Shown here piece after piece: positions 30,047-42,327 of a stretch of 48,046 nucleotides of DNA. The translations under genes and the position numbers were made by a program. Each line of letters opens with the position of its first letter. Position 1 is the stretch's first letter. The notes under the pieces were generated by a model. That model was not told the DNA's origin, did not search any database, and saw nothing but the letters and a program-made list of their open reading frames with translations. The stretch is taken from positions 1 through 48,046 of the forward strand of contig CALISW010000084.1 in NCBI GenBank assembly GCA_938041655.1, given 5' to 3'. Source of the DNA: an uncultured Thiotrichales bacterium. GTDB taxonomy: Bacteria; Pseudomonadota; Gammaproteobacteria; CAZUMV01.

Positions 30047-30075
30047 TGGACACTTTTCAAATACTCATGCACAAT
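30047..30075 (+). promoter_or_regulatory. Possible sigma70 promoter of accBC
   Basis: TGGACA-N17-CACAAT, about 40 bp upstream of accB. Confidence 0.4.
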
Positions 30076-30115
30076 TCGCTGCCCAACGTATAACTAAAAG
30101 TAGCGGCAGCAAAAT

Positions 30116-30577
30116 ATGGACATTAGAAAAATCAAGAAACTCATCGAGCTACTCGATCAATCGGGCGTAGCAGAAATTGAAATCAAAGAAGGCGAAGAGT
30201 CTCTGCGAATAAGTCGTGGTAGCACTACGGTTGCCGCCCCTGTTAATGCTCCAGCCGCCGTGCCAGTTGCAGCAGCGCCGGCAGCTGTAAGCAACAATGC
30301 CAGCTCGCTATCCCCACCGGTCACTGAAAGTAACTTACCGGCTGGCCATGTGGTTGAGTCACCCATGGTAGGTACATTTTACTCCGCTCCTTCTCCTGGC
30401 TCTGATCCTTTTACTAAAGTAGGCGCCAGCGTCAATGTTGGCGATACGCTATGCATCATTGAAGCGATGAAAATGATGAACCAGATCGAAGCTGACAAAG
30501 CGGGCGTGGTCAAAGCAATTCTGTTACAAGATGGACAACCCGTTGAATACGGTGAACCATTAGTTGTGATCGAGTAG
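30116..30577 (+). CDS. accB: Biotin carboxyl carrier protein
   Basis: [12 protein letters not shown], Ala/Pro linker, EAMKM. Confidence 0.98.
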   Translation: MDIRKIKKLIELLDQSGVAEIEIKEGEESLRISRGSTTVAAPVNAPAAVPVAAAPAAVSNNASSLSPPVTESNLPAGHVVESPMVGTFYSAPSPGSDPFTKVGASVNVGDTLCIIEAMKMMNQIEADKAGVVKAILLQDGQPVEYGEPLVVIE

Positions 30578-30581
30578 TGGC

Positions 30582-31934
30582 ATGATCGACAAAGTACTAA
30601 TAGCGAACCGCGGTGAAATCGCTCTGCGGATTCTGCGCGCCTGTCGCGAGATGGGCATAAAAACCGTTGCTGCGCACTCCGAACCAGACCGTGATCTAAA
30701 GCACGTGCGTCTAGCTGATGAAGCTGTGTGTATTGGCCCGGCTGCCTCACTCAAGAGCTACCTTAATATCCCGGCGTTAATCAGTGCGGCCGACGTGACC
30801 GAATCAACCGCTATTCACCCGGGCTATGGCTTCTTGTCTGAGAGCGCTGATTTTTCCGAGAAAGTTGAATCCAGCGGCTTCATATTTATTGGCCCGACGG
30901 CTGATACGATTCGGCTCATGGGTGACAAAGTATCCGCCAAGGCTGCGATGCTCAAAGCCGGCGTCCCATGTGTACCAGGCACGCCTGATGCACTGGGCGA
31001 TAATGATAAAGAAAATCTTAAACTCGCCAGAGAAATTGGCTATCCCATCATTATCAAAGCTTCGGGTGGTGGTGGTGGGCGCGGTATGCGTGTGGTTGAG
31101 AAAGAAGAGGATCTGATCAAGTCTATTGAACTGACCCAGTCAGAAGCACGCACAGCGTTTAACAATGACAAGGTTTACATGGAAAAATACCTGCAAAACC
31201 CGCGGCATGTGGAGTTTCAGGTAATTGCTGATGGCCAGGGAAATGCGATCCATCTCGGCGAACGTGATTGCTCGATGCAACGTCGACACCAGAAAGTAGT
31301 CGAAGAAGCCCCTGCTCCGGGCATCAGTGAGAAACTGCGACAGAAAATTGGCAAGCGCTGTGTGGATGCCTGTAAGTTAATCAATTATCGTGGCGCCGGC
31401 ACTTTCGAATTCTTATTCGAAAACGAGGAGTTCTACTTTATTGAGATGAACACCCGGCTACAGGTTGAGCACCCGGTAACAGAAATGATCACCGGTATTG
31501 ATCTGGTAAAACTTCAACTGCAAATTGCTGCCGGCGAAAAACTGAGTCTCAAGCAAAGTGATATCAAACTGCAAGGGCATGCCATTGAATGCCGCATCAA
31601 CGCAGAAGACCCGGCCAGCTTTATACCCTCACCAGGCACCATCTCACGTTATCACCCTCCGGGTGGGCCTGGAGTCAGGCTCGATAGCCATGTGTATTCG
31701 GGTTATGCCGTACCTCCTTTCTATGACTCCATGATAGGCAAGTTAATCGTGCACGGTGAATCTCGCGAGGTAGCTTTAGCCAGAATGGCCGGTGCACTGG
31801 AAGAGATTGTCATCGACGGCATTAAAACCAATATTCCGTTGCAGCGGAACATCGTCACCGATTCACATTTTTCGGCTGGCGGCGTCAGCATTCACTATCT
31901 GGAACAAATGTTGGCTGAGCAACAGACCCCTTAA
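30582..31934 (+). CDS. accC: Biotin carboxylase
   Basis: [36 protein letters not shown]. Confidence 0.98.
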   Translation: MIDKVLIANRGEIALRILRACREMGIKTVAAHSEPDRDLKHVRLADEAVCIGPAASLKSYLNIPALISAADVTESTAIHPGYGFLSESADFSEKVESSGFIFIGPTADTIRLMGDKVSAKAAMLKAGVPCVPGTPDALGDNDKENLKLAREIGYPIIIKASGGGGGRGMRVVEKEEDLIKSIELTQSEARTAFNNDKVYMEKYLQNPRHVEFQVIADGQGNAIHLGERDCSMQRRHQKVVEEAPAPGISEKLRQKIGKRCVDACKLINYRGAGTFEFLFENEEFYFIEMNTRLQVEHPVTEMITGIDLVKLQLQIAAGEKLSLKQSDIKLQGHAIECRINAEDPASFIPSPGTISRYHPPGGPGVRLDSHVYSGYAVPPFYDSMIGKLIVHGESREVALARMAGALEEIVIDGIKTNIPLQRNIVTDSHFSAGGVSIHYLEQMLAEQQTP

Positions 31935-31941
31935 TACTCCT

Positions 31942-32823
31942 ATGGCCTGGTTAGAAATTCGCTTTCAAGGGGTCGCCACTGATCTGGATGAAACCGAACA
32001 CCTGCTCAATTCACTGGGCGCCCAGGTAGTCTCTGTCTATGATGCCGGAGACCAGCCGCTACTCGAACCCCTACCCGGCGAACTACCGTTGTGGGACGAT
32101 CTTAAAATCAAAGCCTTGTTCGATCAGACTACCGAAATCAAAACCCTGACCCAAACAATTTCATCAGAACTCAATATACCTGCCGACAGCATTGAGCATG
32201 AACATATTGCTGACCAGAACTGGGAAACCGCCTGGATGGAAGATTTTGAACCGATGCAGTTTGGCGAAAAATTATGGATCTGCCCCAGCTGGCTGGAGCC
32301 GCCTGAACAGGATGCTATAAATTTAATGCTGGACCCGGGATTGGCCTTTGGGAGTGGTACGCACGAGACCACTTCCATGTGCATGGAGTATCTCGATAAA
32401 CATCCACCTCGGGATAAACAAGTACTGGATTATGGCTGTGGCTCTGGCGTTTTAAGCCTGGCGGCAAGCTTGCTTGGAGCCGGTCATGTAACGGGCGTCG
32501 ATATAGACCCTCAGGCAATACTCGCCGCCAATGAAAATGCTCATAAAAATAATATCGACAATTCGAAATTCAATTTCTACCTGGTAGATGAGCTGTCTGC
32601 CATGCAAGTTGATTTATTATTGGCTAATATTCTCTCGGATACCCTGCTCTCGCTAGCACCACAACTTACTCAACTGGTCAAAACAGGTGGTACAATCATC
32701 CTCTCCGGTATTTTGGAGTATCAAACGGACGAGATTGTTAATACCTATTCACACTGGTTTGATATCAATGAAGTCTGTAATCAGGAAGAATGGGTCATGA
32801 TCAGAGCGACCAAAGTCATTTAG
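31942..32823 (+). CDS. prmA: Ribosomal protein L11 methyltransferase
   Basis: LDPGLAFGSGTHETT, LDYGCGSG, ANIL. The real start is MAWLEI at 31942; the ORF-track start overlaps accC. Confidence 0.95.
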   Translation: MAWLEIRFQGVATDLDETEHLLNSLGAQVVSVYDAGDQPLLEPLPGELPLWDDLKIKALFDQTTEIKTLTQTISSELNIPADSIEHEHIADQNWETAWMEDFEPMQFGEKLWICPSWLEPPEQDAINLMLDPGLAFGSGTHETTSMCMEYLDKHPPRDKQVLDYGCGSGVLSLAASLLGAGHVTGVDIDPQAILAANENAHKNNIDNSKFNFYLVDELSAMQVDLLLANILSDTLLSLAPQLTQLVKTGGTIILSGILEYQTDEIVNTYSHWFDINEVCNQEEWVMIRATKVI

Positions 32824-32826
32824 TTT

Positions 32827-34413
32827 ATGTATATAGAATGCCCTCACTGTAGCGCTATATTTACCCTGCCTACCGGGCTGGATCAGCCTAAAGTACGCTG
32901 CGGTGAGTGCGGCACTGTTTTTGACAGCAAACAAGCCGAATCTGGACTCGTGCCCGAAGAAAGCGATACTGAGTTTAGTGATACCACCTCTCTCGATAGC
33001 CACATTGAAGATGAAGTTGAAGATGCACTGGACCTGACTTCATCGGAACTTGATGCTATAGAAAATATAGATATTTCCATCAGCAATGAGCTCGATGCCG
33101 AACTCGATAAATTCACCTCAACTAAACCTAGCGCTGATGAGTTGGAATCTGAAGCAGCACTCGATGATGACTTTTTGTTTGAATCCAGAACTCTCAAGAA
33201 ATTAAGTGACACCTTGGAATTGCCGGTTCTGGATGATATGGACTACAGCGATCATTCTGACGCACTGCGTCGCAATGAACTGGCACAAACTCTGGATGAG
33301 GCTGACAGCGAAGCGCTCACCGATGATATTTTTGAAGAGTTTATTTCCAGTAACCAAATCGTCGGCAACATCACGCCCTCTGAAGGTATTACTTCGAAGA
33401 ATACTGGCGCGAATATTAATGATGATCAGAGTTTGTTACCCGATCTTGATGAAACTATCGCGGCAGTTGAAAGCACACCTACGATAGACAAACTGGCCGA
33501 AACTGCTGATGACATAAGGATTCTTGAATCAGCACCCAATACTGTCTTTGGCGATCTTGATAAAGAGACTGAAAAAGACTTTAGTATGACGGATGAGATT
33601 GCAGTACCTGATCTGGATCAGTTGCCAACATTACAAAATGATGTTGATCAAATAGTGGATCAACTCCCTTATGCTGCAATCAATGATGATGTGATCAATG
33701 ACGTTCCATTTCCACCGGACGAGCCTTCATTCACACAACAACAAATGTTGCTTGAGCCTCAGGATGAATTACCCGGCCTCGACGAGCCAGATGTTGAAGA
33801 TAGCTTGGAAGACAACCTGCTAAACAGCTCATTTGACAACAGCTCGGAAACACCATCTGACACATTGATCTCGTTACAAAATGCAGAGTTCGATGAGCCA
33901 ACAGTACAAACCCGGTTTTCTAAACGCGAATATCTGTATGACAATCGTGCTCTGTTCAGCTCTCTGGCGGTGTTGTTATGTTTAACCTTGCTGCTGGGCG
34001 CACAACACATACGTCACAATCGCGATAAATTCAAACTCTATGGGTTCACCCGACCTATTGCCAATGCAATCTGTAGTGTCAGTGGTTGCAACATTGTTCC
34101 TGCTCGTGAGCCGGATAAAATCACGATACAGGAAAGCAGCACCTATCCACATAGCAACATTGAAAATGCCTTGACCATCAAAGCCAAAGTCGTCAATCAA
34201 ACCGGAGACGATCAACCCTTCCCAGTATTAGAAGTCAACTTCCTCAATTTAACCGGAAAAATAATCGCGACACGCAGGTTCGGACCACAGGAATACCTGA
34301 ACAAGCTGCCACGCCGCAATGGATTGATGCCACCCGATGAGCCTGTCTTTTTTGAGATCAATGTTGCTGATCCCAGCCGGGACGGCGTCTCATTTGATCT
34401 CCAAATTCGTTAA
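32827..34413 (+). CDS. Zinc-ribbon + acidic linker + TM + DUF3426 protein
   Basis: CPHC...VRCGEC N-terminus, long D/E-rich region, TM, C-terminal domain with CSVSGC and RRFGPQEYL; conserved position between prmA and dusB. Confidence 0.85.
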   Translation: MYIECPHCSAIFTLPTGLDQPKVRCGECGTVFDSKQAESGLVPEESDTEFSDTTSLDSHIEDEVEDALDLTSSELDAIENIDISISNELDAELDKFTSTKPSADELESEAALDDDFLFESRTLKKLSDTLELPVLDDMDYSDHSDALRRNELAQTLDEADSEALTDDIFEEFISSNQIVGNITPSEGITSKNTGANINDDQSLLPDLDETIAAVESTPTIDKLAETADDIRILESAPNTVFGDLDKETEKDFSMTDEIAVPDLDQLPTLQNDVDQIVDQLPYAAINDDVINDVPFPPDEPSFTQQQMLLEPQDELPGLDEPDVEDSLEDNLLNSSFDNSSETPSDTLISLQNAEFDEPTVQTRFSKREYLYDNRALFSSLAVLLCLTLLLGAQHIRHNRDKFKLYGFTRPIANAICSVSGCNIVPAREPDKITIQESSTYPHSNIENALTIKAKVVNQTGDDQPFPVLEVNFLNLTGKIIATRRFGPQEYLNKLPRRNGLMPPDEPVFFEINVADPSRDGVSFDLQIR

Positions 34414-34415
34414 TA

Positions 34416-35456
34416 ATGCGTATCGGTCCCTGGCAGCTGGACAACCAGCTGATACTTGCACCCATGGCTGGCGTCACTGACCTGCCTTTTCGCTTGATGT
34501 GCAAGGAATTAGGGGCTGGTTTGGTGGTATCTGAGATGGTCACCTCGGACAAATCCTTGTGGAATAGCAAAAAAACCCGACTCAGGCTCGATCACAGCGG
34601 TGAACCTGGCCCTATCGCGGTTCAAATAGCCGGTACAGAGCCTGATCAAATGGCAGAAGCGGCGATTTATAATGTTGCCAAGGGCGCCCAGATTATCGAC
34701 ATCAACATGGGCTGCCCGGCTAAAAAAGTATGTAAAAAAGCAGCCGGTTCAGCATTGCTTCGAGATGAAGCTAAAGTCGCAAAAATTCTTGCGGCAGTAG
34801 TCGACGCCGTTGAAGTGCCTGTCACTTTAAAAATCAGAACCGGATGGAGCCCGGAAGAAAAAAATGCTCTTGAAATAGCGCGCATTGCAGAACTGGAAGG
34901 CATACAAGCACTCGCCGTTCACGGCAGAACCAAAGCTTGCGGTTACCAAGGTGTTGCCGAACATAAAACTGTTACAGAAATCAAGCAACGCGCCAACATT
35001 CCAATCATTGCTAATGGCGACATTAATAGTGCTGCTGATGCCATCAATGTTTTGCGCTCCACCAACGCAGATGCAGTCATGATTGGGCGTGGTGCGCAAG
35101 GCTGGCCCTGGATATTTCAAGAGATCCAGGCAAGCCTGACTCATGACTCAAACTACCAATCTCCAAGCTTAATTGAGCAGCAAAAAGTAATAATCAAGCA
35201 TTTACATAGACTCTATGAATTTTACGGAGAATTTATGGGAATCAGGATTGCACGCAAGCATTTGGGATGGTACCTTGATAGAAAGCTCGGAACTGATAAT
35301 TATAAAAATAAAATCAATCGGGCGGAGAGTGTTTCACAACAATTAAAACTAGTGGATTCATTCTTTAATAACAACAAACAAACTCGGGAGAAACCAGGGC
35401 ATGTCAGCAGCTTCAGCCCGGAAACTGAATCATCAGCGCGAAGAGCATCTGTGTGA
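34416..35456 (+). CDS. dusB: tRNA-dihydrouridine synthase B
   Basis: LAPMAGVTDLPFR, DINMGCPAKKV, HGRT, RKH. Confidence 0.96.
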   Translation: MRIGPWQLDNQLILAPMAGVTDLPFRLMCKELGAGLVVSEMVTSDKSLWNSKKTRLRLDHSGEPGPIAVQIAGTEPDQMAEAAIYNVAKGAQIIDINMGCPAKKVCKKAAGSALLRDEAKVAKILAAVVDAVEVPVTLKIRTGWSPEEKNALEIARIAELEGIQALAVHGRTKACGYQGVAEHKTVTEIKQRANIPIIANGDINSAADAINVLRSTNADAVMIGRGAQGWPWIFQEIQASLTHDSNYQSPSLIEQQKVIIKHLHRLYEFYGEFMGIRIARKHLGWYLDRKLGTDNYKNKINRAESVSQQLKLVDSFFNNNKQTREKPGHVSSFSPETESSARRASV

Positions 35457-35667
35457 TGCTGTTGAAAACGCACTGCATAATTATTTTGAGCATCTAAACG
35501 GTCATGACTCACATGGTCTTTACGACATGGTGATCGGCGAAGTAGAAAAACCACTGCTGGTTTGTGCGCTGGAACACTTCAGCAACAACCAAACCAAAAC
35601 AGCAGAGCTACTCGGAATTAGCCGAGTCACTTTGCGTAAAAAACTCAAAAAATATCAACTGATTTAA
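35401..35667 (+). CDS. fis: DNA-binding protein Fis
   Basis: LYDMVIGEVEKPLL, NQTKTAELLGISRVTLRKKLKKY; follows dusB with a 56-nt overlap. Confidence 0.92.
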   Translation: MSAASARKLNHQREEHLCDAVENALHNYFEHLNGHDSHGLYDMVIGEVEKPLLVCALEHFSNNQTKTAELLGISRVTLRKKLKKYQLI

Positions 35668-35750
35668 TCGACCTCGATAAGTAGCTTTGGTGCAAGCCAA
35701 AGCTGGTGTACTATTGCGCCTGTAGAACGTCACGGAAGAGAGCAAACAAG

Positions 35751-37337
35751 ATGCAAAATAATGAACCCTGGCCAATTGCACGGGCACTGATCAGTGTCTC
35801 TGACAAAACAGGCATCCTCGATCTGGGTGCAGGCCTAAGACAAAACGGGGTTCAGATTCTCTCCACTGGAGGTACCGCCAAGCTCCTGAAAGACAACGAT
35901 ATCCCAGTCAAAGAAGTCTCTCAACACACTGAATTTCCTGAAATTATGGATGGCAGGGTCAAAACTCTACATCCACGCATTCATGGCGGCATTCTAGCCA
36001 GACATGGCGTTGATGAAGACGTGATGCAAGAACATAACATTGATCCGATTGCTCTAATTGTTGTCAATCTCTACCCCTTTGCTGAAACCATTGCCAAGCC
36101 GGATTGCACTCTGGAAGATGCGATCGAGAATATTGATATTGGTGGTCCAGCCATGATTAGAGCCGCCGCGAAAAACAATAACAACGTCACTGTGATTGTT
36201 GATCCAGATGACTACCCTGCCGTGTTGCAAGAGATGACAAAAAATCGTGGTGTTATTTCAAGAGCAACGCGTTTTCGTTTGGCAGCAAAAGCGTTCGCAC
36301 ATACCGCCGCCTATGACAGCATGATCGCAAAATATCTTGAGCAAAAAACATCCGTAAATAGCTCCGTGCAAGCAATCAGTCTTGATGATGTACTCCAACT
36401 AAAATTAATCAAGAAACTGCAAATGCGTTACGGTGAAAACCCGCATCAGCAAGCGGCCTTTTACACCTATAGTAATGACAACAATACCGGTTCTATTTCT
36501 GGCGCAGAGCAGCTGCAAGGCAAAGAACTTTCCTACAACAATATTGCCGACACTGACGCGGCGATTGAGTGTGTCAAACAATTCAAAGAACCTGCTTGCG
36601 TTATTGTGAAACATGCCAATCCTTGCGGTGCTGCTGAAGGTGACTCTATCTACGAAAGCTATGAACGCGCCTATAGCACAGACAACGAATCAGCGTTTGG
36701 CGGCATCATTGCCTTTAACCGAACGCTCGATCTCAAGACTGCCGAGAAAATCATCAACCGACAATTTGTTGAAGTGATTGTTGCACCAGCGATTGATGAA
36801 GATGCACTACCTGTATTGGCAGAAAAGAAAAATGTGCGGGTGCTGAGTATTGGTTCGTTAGAAAGTAACACCGAAGCCAAGCTTACTTTTAAAAGTGTAA
36901 ATGGCGGCATCCTGGTTCAGTCTGATGACCTGCTCTTGCATGAGGAGCTGGAAACCGTGAGTAAGCGTGAAGCCACCCAGCAGGAATTACAAGATCTGCT
37001 GTTTGCCTGGAAAGTAGCAAAATACGTAAAATCCAATGCCATCATCTATGCCAAAGGGCAGATGACGATAGGCGTTGGCGCCGGTCAAATGAGTCGCGTG
37101 AATTCAGCGCGCATTGCCGCGATCAAAGCAGAGCATGCCAATCTCAGCGTGATGGGCTCTGTGATGGCCTCTGATGCCTTCTTCCCGTTCCGGGATGGCA
37201 TTGATCAGGCTGCGTCATCCGGAATATCAGCCATAATCCAGCCTGGTGGTTCAATGCGTGATGATGAAGTTATTAGCGCCGCTGACGAGCATGATATGGC
37301 CATGATATTCACGGGAATGCGTCACTTTAGACACTAG
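35751..37337 (+). CDS. purH: Bifunctional AICAR transformylase/IMP cyclohydrolase
   Basis: [37 protein letters not shown]. The ATG at 35751 is preferred. Confidence 0.97.
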   Translation: MQNNEPWPIARALISVSDKTGILDLGAGLRQNGVQILSTGGTAKLLKDNDIPVKEVSQHTEFPEIMDGRVKTLHPRIHGGILARHGVDEDVMQEHNIDPIALIVVNLYPFAETIAKPDCTLEDAIENIDIGGPAMIRAAAKNNNNVTVIVDPDDYPAVLQEMTKNRGVISRATRFRLAAKAFAHTAAYDSMIAKYLEQKTSVNSSVQAISLDDVLQLKLIKKLQMRYGENPHQQAAFYTYSNDNNTGSISGAEQLQGKELSYNNIADTDAAIECVKQFKEPACVIVKHANPCGAAEGDSIYESYERAYSTDNESAFGGIIAFNRTLDLKTAEKIINRQFVEVIVAPAIDEDALPVLAEKKNVRVLSIGSLESNTEAKLTFKSVNGGILVQSDDLLLHEELETVSKREATQQELQDLLFAWKVAKYVKSNAIIYAKGQMTIGVGAGQMSRVNSARIAAIKAEHANLSVMGSVMASDAFFPFRDGIDQAASSGISAIIQPGGSMRDDEVISAADEHDMAMIFTGMRHFRH

Positions 37338-37438
37338 CGTTTACACTCTTACGACAGGCCTTTGCTACCCTGTTCACATCATTATCAAGCCACCGACAGT
37401 AAAATTGTTATGAATAGATCGCCTAAATACACATAACA

Positions 37439-38173
37439 ATGATCAACAAAACCAATATTTGTGGTTTTGATATATCCACGGGGAATCTCAAACACCACCT
37501 TGAGCTGATACACAAGCGTATCGCAGACAAGAGTGGCGCCTGGATTGTCACACTCAATACTGAAATGCTATCGCGCATTTCCGGTGATAATGAATACCGC
37601 AACTTATTATTACAGGCTGACGTAATGGTTGCCGATGGTATGCCCATCGTCTGGACCGCAAATCGTAAAAATCCTACTGAAAAAATTGAAGGTCGAACTA
37701 CCGGGGTGGATTTGGTTGAAGGACTATTAACCGAAGACAACATCGTGCCATATGCAATAATTGGTGGTGTCGACCCTCTGACGACTATCCAGCAATACCC
37801 GAATGCGGAAGCCGGCTGCAAGTTCATTTTCACTGGTATAGTCGATTTAAGCGAAGAACAAACCAACAGCTTTGTAACCGAATTAAAAGAAAATGATGTG
37901 CAAATTGTTTATCTTGCACTGGGTGTACCAAAGCAAGACAAATTAGCTCTACAATTACGTGAAAAATTACCGCATTTAGTATCAATGGGCATTGGCGGTA
38001 CTTTTGAAATACTGTCACCCTCTGGTGGTCGCGCACCAAAATGGATGCAAAACTCGGGGCTCGAATGGTTCTATCGCCTGACGCGTGAACCGGGCCGATT
38101 ATGGAAACGCTACGTTGTTAACTATCCAACCGGCATCAAGATGCTGGTCAAAGATTTTTTAAAGGCTGAATAA
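37439..38173 (+). CDS. WecB/TagA/CpsF (WecG-like) glycosyltransferase
   Basis: TLNTE, ADGMPIVW, LGVPKQ, RAPKWMQNSGLEWFYRLTREPGRLWKRY. Confidence 0.9.
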   Translation: MINKTNICGFDISTGNLKHHLELIHKRIADKSGAWIVTLNTEMLSRISGDNEYRNLLLQADVMVADGMPIVWTANRKNPTEKIEGRTTGVDLVEGLLTEDNIVPYAIIGGVDPLTTIQQYPNAEAGCKFIFTGIVDLSEEQTNSFVTELKENDVQIVYLALGVPKQDKLALQLREKLPHLVSMGIGGTFEILSPSGGRAPKWMQNSGLEWFYRLTREPGRLWKRYVVNYPTGIKMLVKDFLKAE

Positions 38174-38175
38174 CC

Positions 38176-39603
38176 ATGAAAATTATTCCCGTTATACTTT
38201 CCGGTGGTTCTGGCACACGTTTGTGGCCACTATCGAGAGGCACCTACCCAAAACAGTTTCTTGATCTGCTCGATGGTCGCTCACTTTTTCAGGCCACCCT
38301 CGATCGTCTCGGAGAACTGAAAACAGCAGCACCCATTGTAGTGGCATCCGAGCCACATCGGTTTCTGGTAGCGGAGCAATTACGCCAGCGAGATGTTTTA
38401 GGCGCCTCCATCATTCTGGAGCCCGAAGGTCGTAACACCGCACCTGCAATTGCCGTTGCTGCTGAACTGGTCAAGAGTCAGGGTAATGACTCTGATAGCC
38501 TGCTTCTGGTCTTGCCTGCCGATCATAATATCAAAGACATTGCTGCCTTTAGTAAAGCTATCGAGACTGGCAAGCAAGCTGCTGCCGAGGGCAAGCTGGT
38601 CACTTTCGGTATTAAACCCGACGCACCCGAAACCGGATTTGGTTATATACAATCTGGCAATGCCATGAGTGACGGTATTTTTGAAATTTCACAGTTCGTA
38701 GAAAAACCTGATACCGCTACCGCACAAAAATATCTTGATGCTGGTGATTACTCATGGAACAGCGGCATGTTCTTATTCTCAGCGGAAAAATTTCTATCCG
38801 AGTTACAAAGCTTTCAACCAGAAATGGTCAGCGCCTGTAAAAATGCCGTCGCTGGAGGACATGAAGACCTGGACTTTTTCAGGCTCGATGCGCATGCCTT
38901 CAGAGCATCACCTTCAGACTCTATCGACTATGCAGTTATGGAACAAACCAAAGATGCTGCGGTTGTGCCGGTTGACATAGGCTGGAGTGATGTCGGCTCG
39001 TGGGGATCGCTAGCAGACATTTACGATCATGATACTGATGGAAATACCACCCATGGTGATGTGCTTCTTCAGGACTGTAAAAACACCATGGCGTATAGCG
39101 AAAACAAATTGGTGACTGTAGTCGGTGTTGAAGATCTGGTTATCGTTGAAACTCTGGATGCTGTACTGGTGACACACAAAGATAAATCTCAACAAGTCGG
39201 CGAACTGGTCAAGCATCTAAAGTCAGATGATCGTCTGGTTGCTACTGAACACCGCAAAATTTATCGTCCGTGGGGAAGCTACGACTCCATTGATTACGGC
39301 GACCGCTTTCAGGTTAAACGGATCACCGTTAACCCAGGCGCAGAATTATCGCTACAAAAACATCACCACCGCGCTGAACACTGGATTATTGTCTGCGGTA
39401 CCGCTGAAGTTACCTGTGATGAGAATGTGATGATGATGGAAGAAAATACATCCACCTATATACCACTAGGTTCAGTACACAGACTCGCTAATCGTGGCGT
39501 AATTCCACTGGAATTGATTGAAGTTCAATCCGGCAGCTATCTGGGCGAAGATGATATCGTTCGTCTTGAAGATAACTATGGCCGAAAAGGTACCAATACT
39601 TAA
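38176..39603 (+). CDS. manC: Mannose-1-phosphate guanylyltransferase/mannose-6-phosphate isomerase
   Basis: [30 protein letters not shown]-terminal cupin HHHRAEHW. Confidence 0.95.
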   Translation: MKIIPVILSGGSGTRLWPLSRGTYPKQFLDLLDGRSLFQATLDRLGELKTAAPIVVASEPHRFLVAEQLRQRDVLGASIILEPEGRNTAPAIAVAAELVKSQGNDSDSLLLVLPADHNIKDIAAFSKAIETGKQAAAEGKLVTFGIKPDAPETGFGYIQSGNAMSDGIFEISQFVEKPDTATAQKYLDAGDYSWNSGMFLFSAEKFLSELQSFQPEMVSACKNAVAGGHEDLDFFRLDAHAFRASPSDSIDYAVMEQTKDAAVVPVDIGWSDVGSWGSLADIYDHDTDGNTTHGDVLLQDCKNTMAYSENKLVTVVGVEDLVIVETLDAVLVTHKDKSQQVGELVKHLKSDDRLVATEHRKIYRPWGSYDSIDYGDRFQVKRITVNPGAELSLQKHHHRAEHWIIVCGTAEVTCDENVMMMEENTSTYIPLGSVHRLANRGVIPLELIEVQSGSYLGEDDIVRLEDNYGRKGTNT

Positions 39604-40958
39604 TGAGTACTATTGATTGCTTTAAAGCCTATGATGTTCGCGGCAAAGTCCCTGAACAACTAAATGAAGATGTCGCCTACCGGATTGGGCGAGCTTTCGC
39701 AGAATACTTTTCCTGCAAAACAGTGGCGGTCGGCTATGACATCCGCGAAACCAGCCCGATTCTGACTGATGCGCTGGCCAATGGTTTGATGGCCAGTGGC
39801 TGCGATGTGCTTGACATCGGTCTGTGTGGCACTGAAGAAATTTATCACGCCACCAGTCACTTAAAACTGGATGGCGGCATTATGATCACTGCCAGTCATA
39901 ATCCGATTGAATATAACGGCATCAAGTTTGTACAGACTGATTCAAAACCTGTCAGCGGAGATACCGGCTTATTCGACATCAAAAAACTGGCCGAAGACAA
40001 TGTCTTTAAAGAGCCTGGAAAAACCGGTGCGCGCAAACCACTGGCAGCCAGAGATGCATATATAAAACATTTGCTAACCTATATTAAGCCAGCGAACCTC
40101 AAACCTCTCAAGATAGTCTCCAACCCTGGCAACGGTGGTGCCGGCATTGTTGTAGATGCCATCGAGTCTCATTTGCCACTGGAATTCATTAAGATACAAC
40201 ATGAGCCAGATGGAACGTTTCCCAATGGTATTCCAAACCCGCTATTAGTCGAACGACGTCAAGCGACTATTGATACAGTCATTGAACAAAAAGCAGATTT
40301 CGGCATTTCCTGGGATGGTGATTTTGATCGCTGTTTTTTCTTTGATGAAAACGGACGCTTTATCGAAGGCTACTATATAGTCGGTTTACTGGCTGAAGCA
40401 TTTTTGGCCAAACATCCTGGTGCTAAAATCATTCACGACCCACGCCTCACATGGAACACAGAAGAAGTTGTAACTAACGCAGGTGGAGTTCCAGTGGTTA
40501 GCAAAACCGGGCATGCCTTTATTAAAGAGCGGATGCGACAAGAAGATGCTATATACGGTGGCGAAATGAGTGCGCATCATTACTTTCGTGACTTTGCCTA
40601 CTGCGACAGCGGCATGATTCCCTGGTTACTGGTTGCTGAATTGATCAGTGACAGTGGTAAAACGCTATCTCAATTGATCGATGCACGAATGGAAGCATTC
40701 CCTTGCAGCGGCGAAATCAATTTCAAAGTCAAAGATGCCCCAGCTTGTGTTCAACATATTCTGGAGCACTTTACCGATCAAGCCAAAGAGATCACCGAGA
40801 TTGACGGGCTTGGTATGGATTGTGGAGACTGGCGCTTCAGCCTGCGCTCATCCAACACCGAGCCATTACTGAGGCTCAATCTGGAGTCACGGGCAGATTA
40901 CGACTTAATGCAACGTCAAACGACTGTCATGACCGAACTGATCAAAAAATTCTCGTGA
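39603..40958 (+). CDS. manB: Phosphomannomutase
   Basis: [29 protein letters not shown]; TAATG coupling with manC. Confidence 0.94.
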   Translation: MSTIDCFKAYDVRGKVPEQLNEDVAYRIGRAFAEYFSCKTVAVGYDIRETSPILTDALANGLMASGCDVLDIGLCGTEEIYHATSHLKLDGGIMITASHNPIEYNGIKFVQTDSKPVSGDTGLFDIKKLAEDNVFKEPGKTGARKPLAARDAYIKHLLTYIKPANLKPLKIVSNPGNGGAGIVVDAIESHLPLEFIKIQHEPDGTFPNGIPNPLLVERRQATIDTVIEQKADFGISWDGDFDRCFFFDENGRFIEGYYIVGLLAEAFLAKHPGAKIIHDPRLTWNTEEVVTNAGGVPVVSKTGHAFIKERMRQEDAIYGGEMSAHHYFRDFAYCDSGMIPWLLVAELISDSGKTLSQLIDARMEAFPCSGEINFKVKDAPACVQHILEHFTDQAKEITEIDGLGMDCGDWRFSLRSSNTEPLLRLNLESRADYDLMQRQTTVMTELIKKFS

Positions 40959-41037
40959 TTCCTGTGCTCACTGTTCTCTTGTGAGTATTCAATTGCCCTG
41001 ATTTACGCGATAATTAGCGTCTAATCAGGAGTGAAAA

Positions 41038-42327
41038 ATGAAAGTATTGTTAGTAGGCAGCGGTGGCCGTGAACATGCGCTGGCCTGGAAAATTGCACAA
41101 TCAGAACTCGTCAGCCAAATATTTGTCGCACCCGGCAACGCTGGTACAGCAACTGAATCCAAATGCACCAATGTAGATACCCAAGCTGAAGATCTGGATG
41201 GCTTACTCGCTTTTGCAAAAAGTGAAGAGATAGGCCTAACGGTAATTGGCCCGGAAGTGCCACTGGTTGCGGGCATCGTCGATCAATTTACTGCTGCTGG
41301 ATTGAAATGCTTTGGCCCATCAAAGGGAGCCGCACAACTGGAAGGCTCCAAAGCCTACACCAAAGACTTTTTAAGTAAGTACCACATCCCCACCGCCGCT
41401 TATGGCAACTTCACCCAAATAGATGAAGCAGTTACGTTCATCAAAACGCATGGGGCACCTATCGTAGTGAAAGCTGATGGCTTGGCGGCCGGCAAAGGCG
41501 TGATCATCGCCCAAACGATTGAGGAAGCAATAGCTGCAGTAGAGGACATGCTCGCTGGCAACGCTTTTGGCGATGCAGGTCATCGCGTGGTAGTAGAAGA
41601 ATTTTTAGAAGGCGAAGAAGCCAGCTTTATCGTCATGGTCGATGGTGAACACATACTACCTATGGCCTCCTCACAAGATCACAAAGCACGTGATGATGGA
41701 GACTCGGGGCCGAATACCGGCGGCATGGGTGCCTACTCCCCTGCCCCTATCGTTGATCAGGTCATGCATGATCGTATTATGGAAACGGTGATCAAGCCAA
41801 CAGTGAAAGGCATGCAGTCTGAAGGCTTTCCGTTCACCGGCTTTTTATACGCCGGAGTAATGATTAATGATGATGGCATACCGAAAGTACTGGAATTCAA
41901 TGTTCGTTTTGGCGACCCGGAAACACAACCCATCATGATGCGCCTGAAGTCTGATCTAGTAGAGGCCATGCTCGCTGCAATTGACGGTAAGCTTAATGAA
42001 ATTGAGGCAAGCTGGGATGACAGAGCTGCGCTTGGTGTTGTCATGGCTGCCAGCGGATACCCTGAGTCTTATAAAAAAGGCATGGTGATATCAGGGCTTG
42101 AACAATGCAGCGATGATGACTGTAAAGTATTTCATGCCGGCACCGATAACAATGAAGCTAGAATTGTTACTAGCGGGGGACGAGTATTATGTGTCACCGC
42201 ATTGGGCGATACTGTTACCGCAGCCCAGCAGGCTGCCTATGCCGGTGTTAACGCAATCAAGTGGGACAACTGCTACTTTCGCAATGACATCGGGCACCGA
42301 GCCATTGCCAGAGAGAAAAACAGTTAA
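41038..42327 (+). CDS. purD: Phosphoribosylamine-glycine ligase
   Basis: [38 protein letters not shown]. Confidence 0.98.
   Translation: MKVLLVGSGGREHALAWKIAQSELVSQIFVAPGNAGTATESKCTNVDTQAEDLDGLLAFAKSEEIGLTVIGPEVPLVAGIVDQFTAAGLKCFGPSKGAAQLEGSKAYTKDFLSKYHIPTAAYGNFTQIDEAVTFIKTHGAPIVVKADGLAAGKGVIIAQTIEEAIAAVEDMLAGNAFGDAGHRVVVEEFLEGEEASFIVMVDGEHILPMASSQDHKARDDGDSGPNTGGMGAYSPAPIVDQVMHDRIMETVIKPTVKGMQSEGFPFTGFLYAGVMINDDGIPKVLEFNVRFGDPETQPIMMRLKSDLVEAMLAAIDGKLNEIEASWDDRAALGVVMAASGYPESYKKGMVISGLEQCSDDDCKVFHAGTDNNEARIVTSGGRVLCVTALGDTVTAAQQAAYAGVNAIKWDNCYFRNDIGHRAIAREKNS

Noticed and set aside
35683-35704. Inverted repeat AGCTTTGG/CCAAAGCT between fis and purH
   Set aside because: No U-tract and only one copy; function cannot be supported.
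42324-42327. purD and rho stop codons overlap in TTAA
   Set aside because: Ordinary compact convergent overlap.
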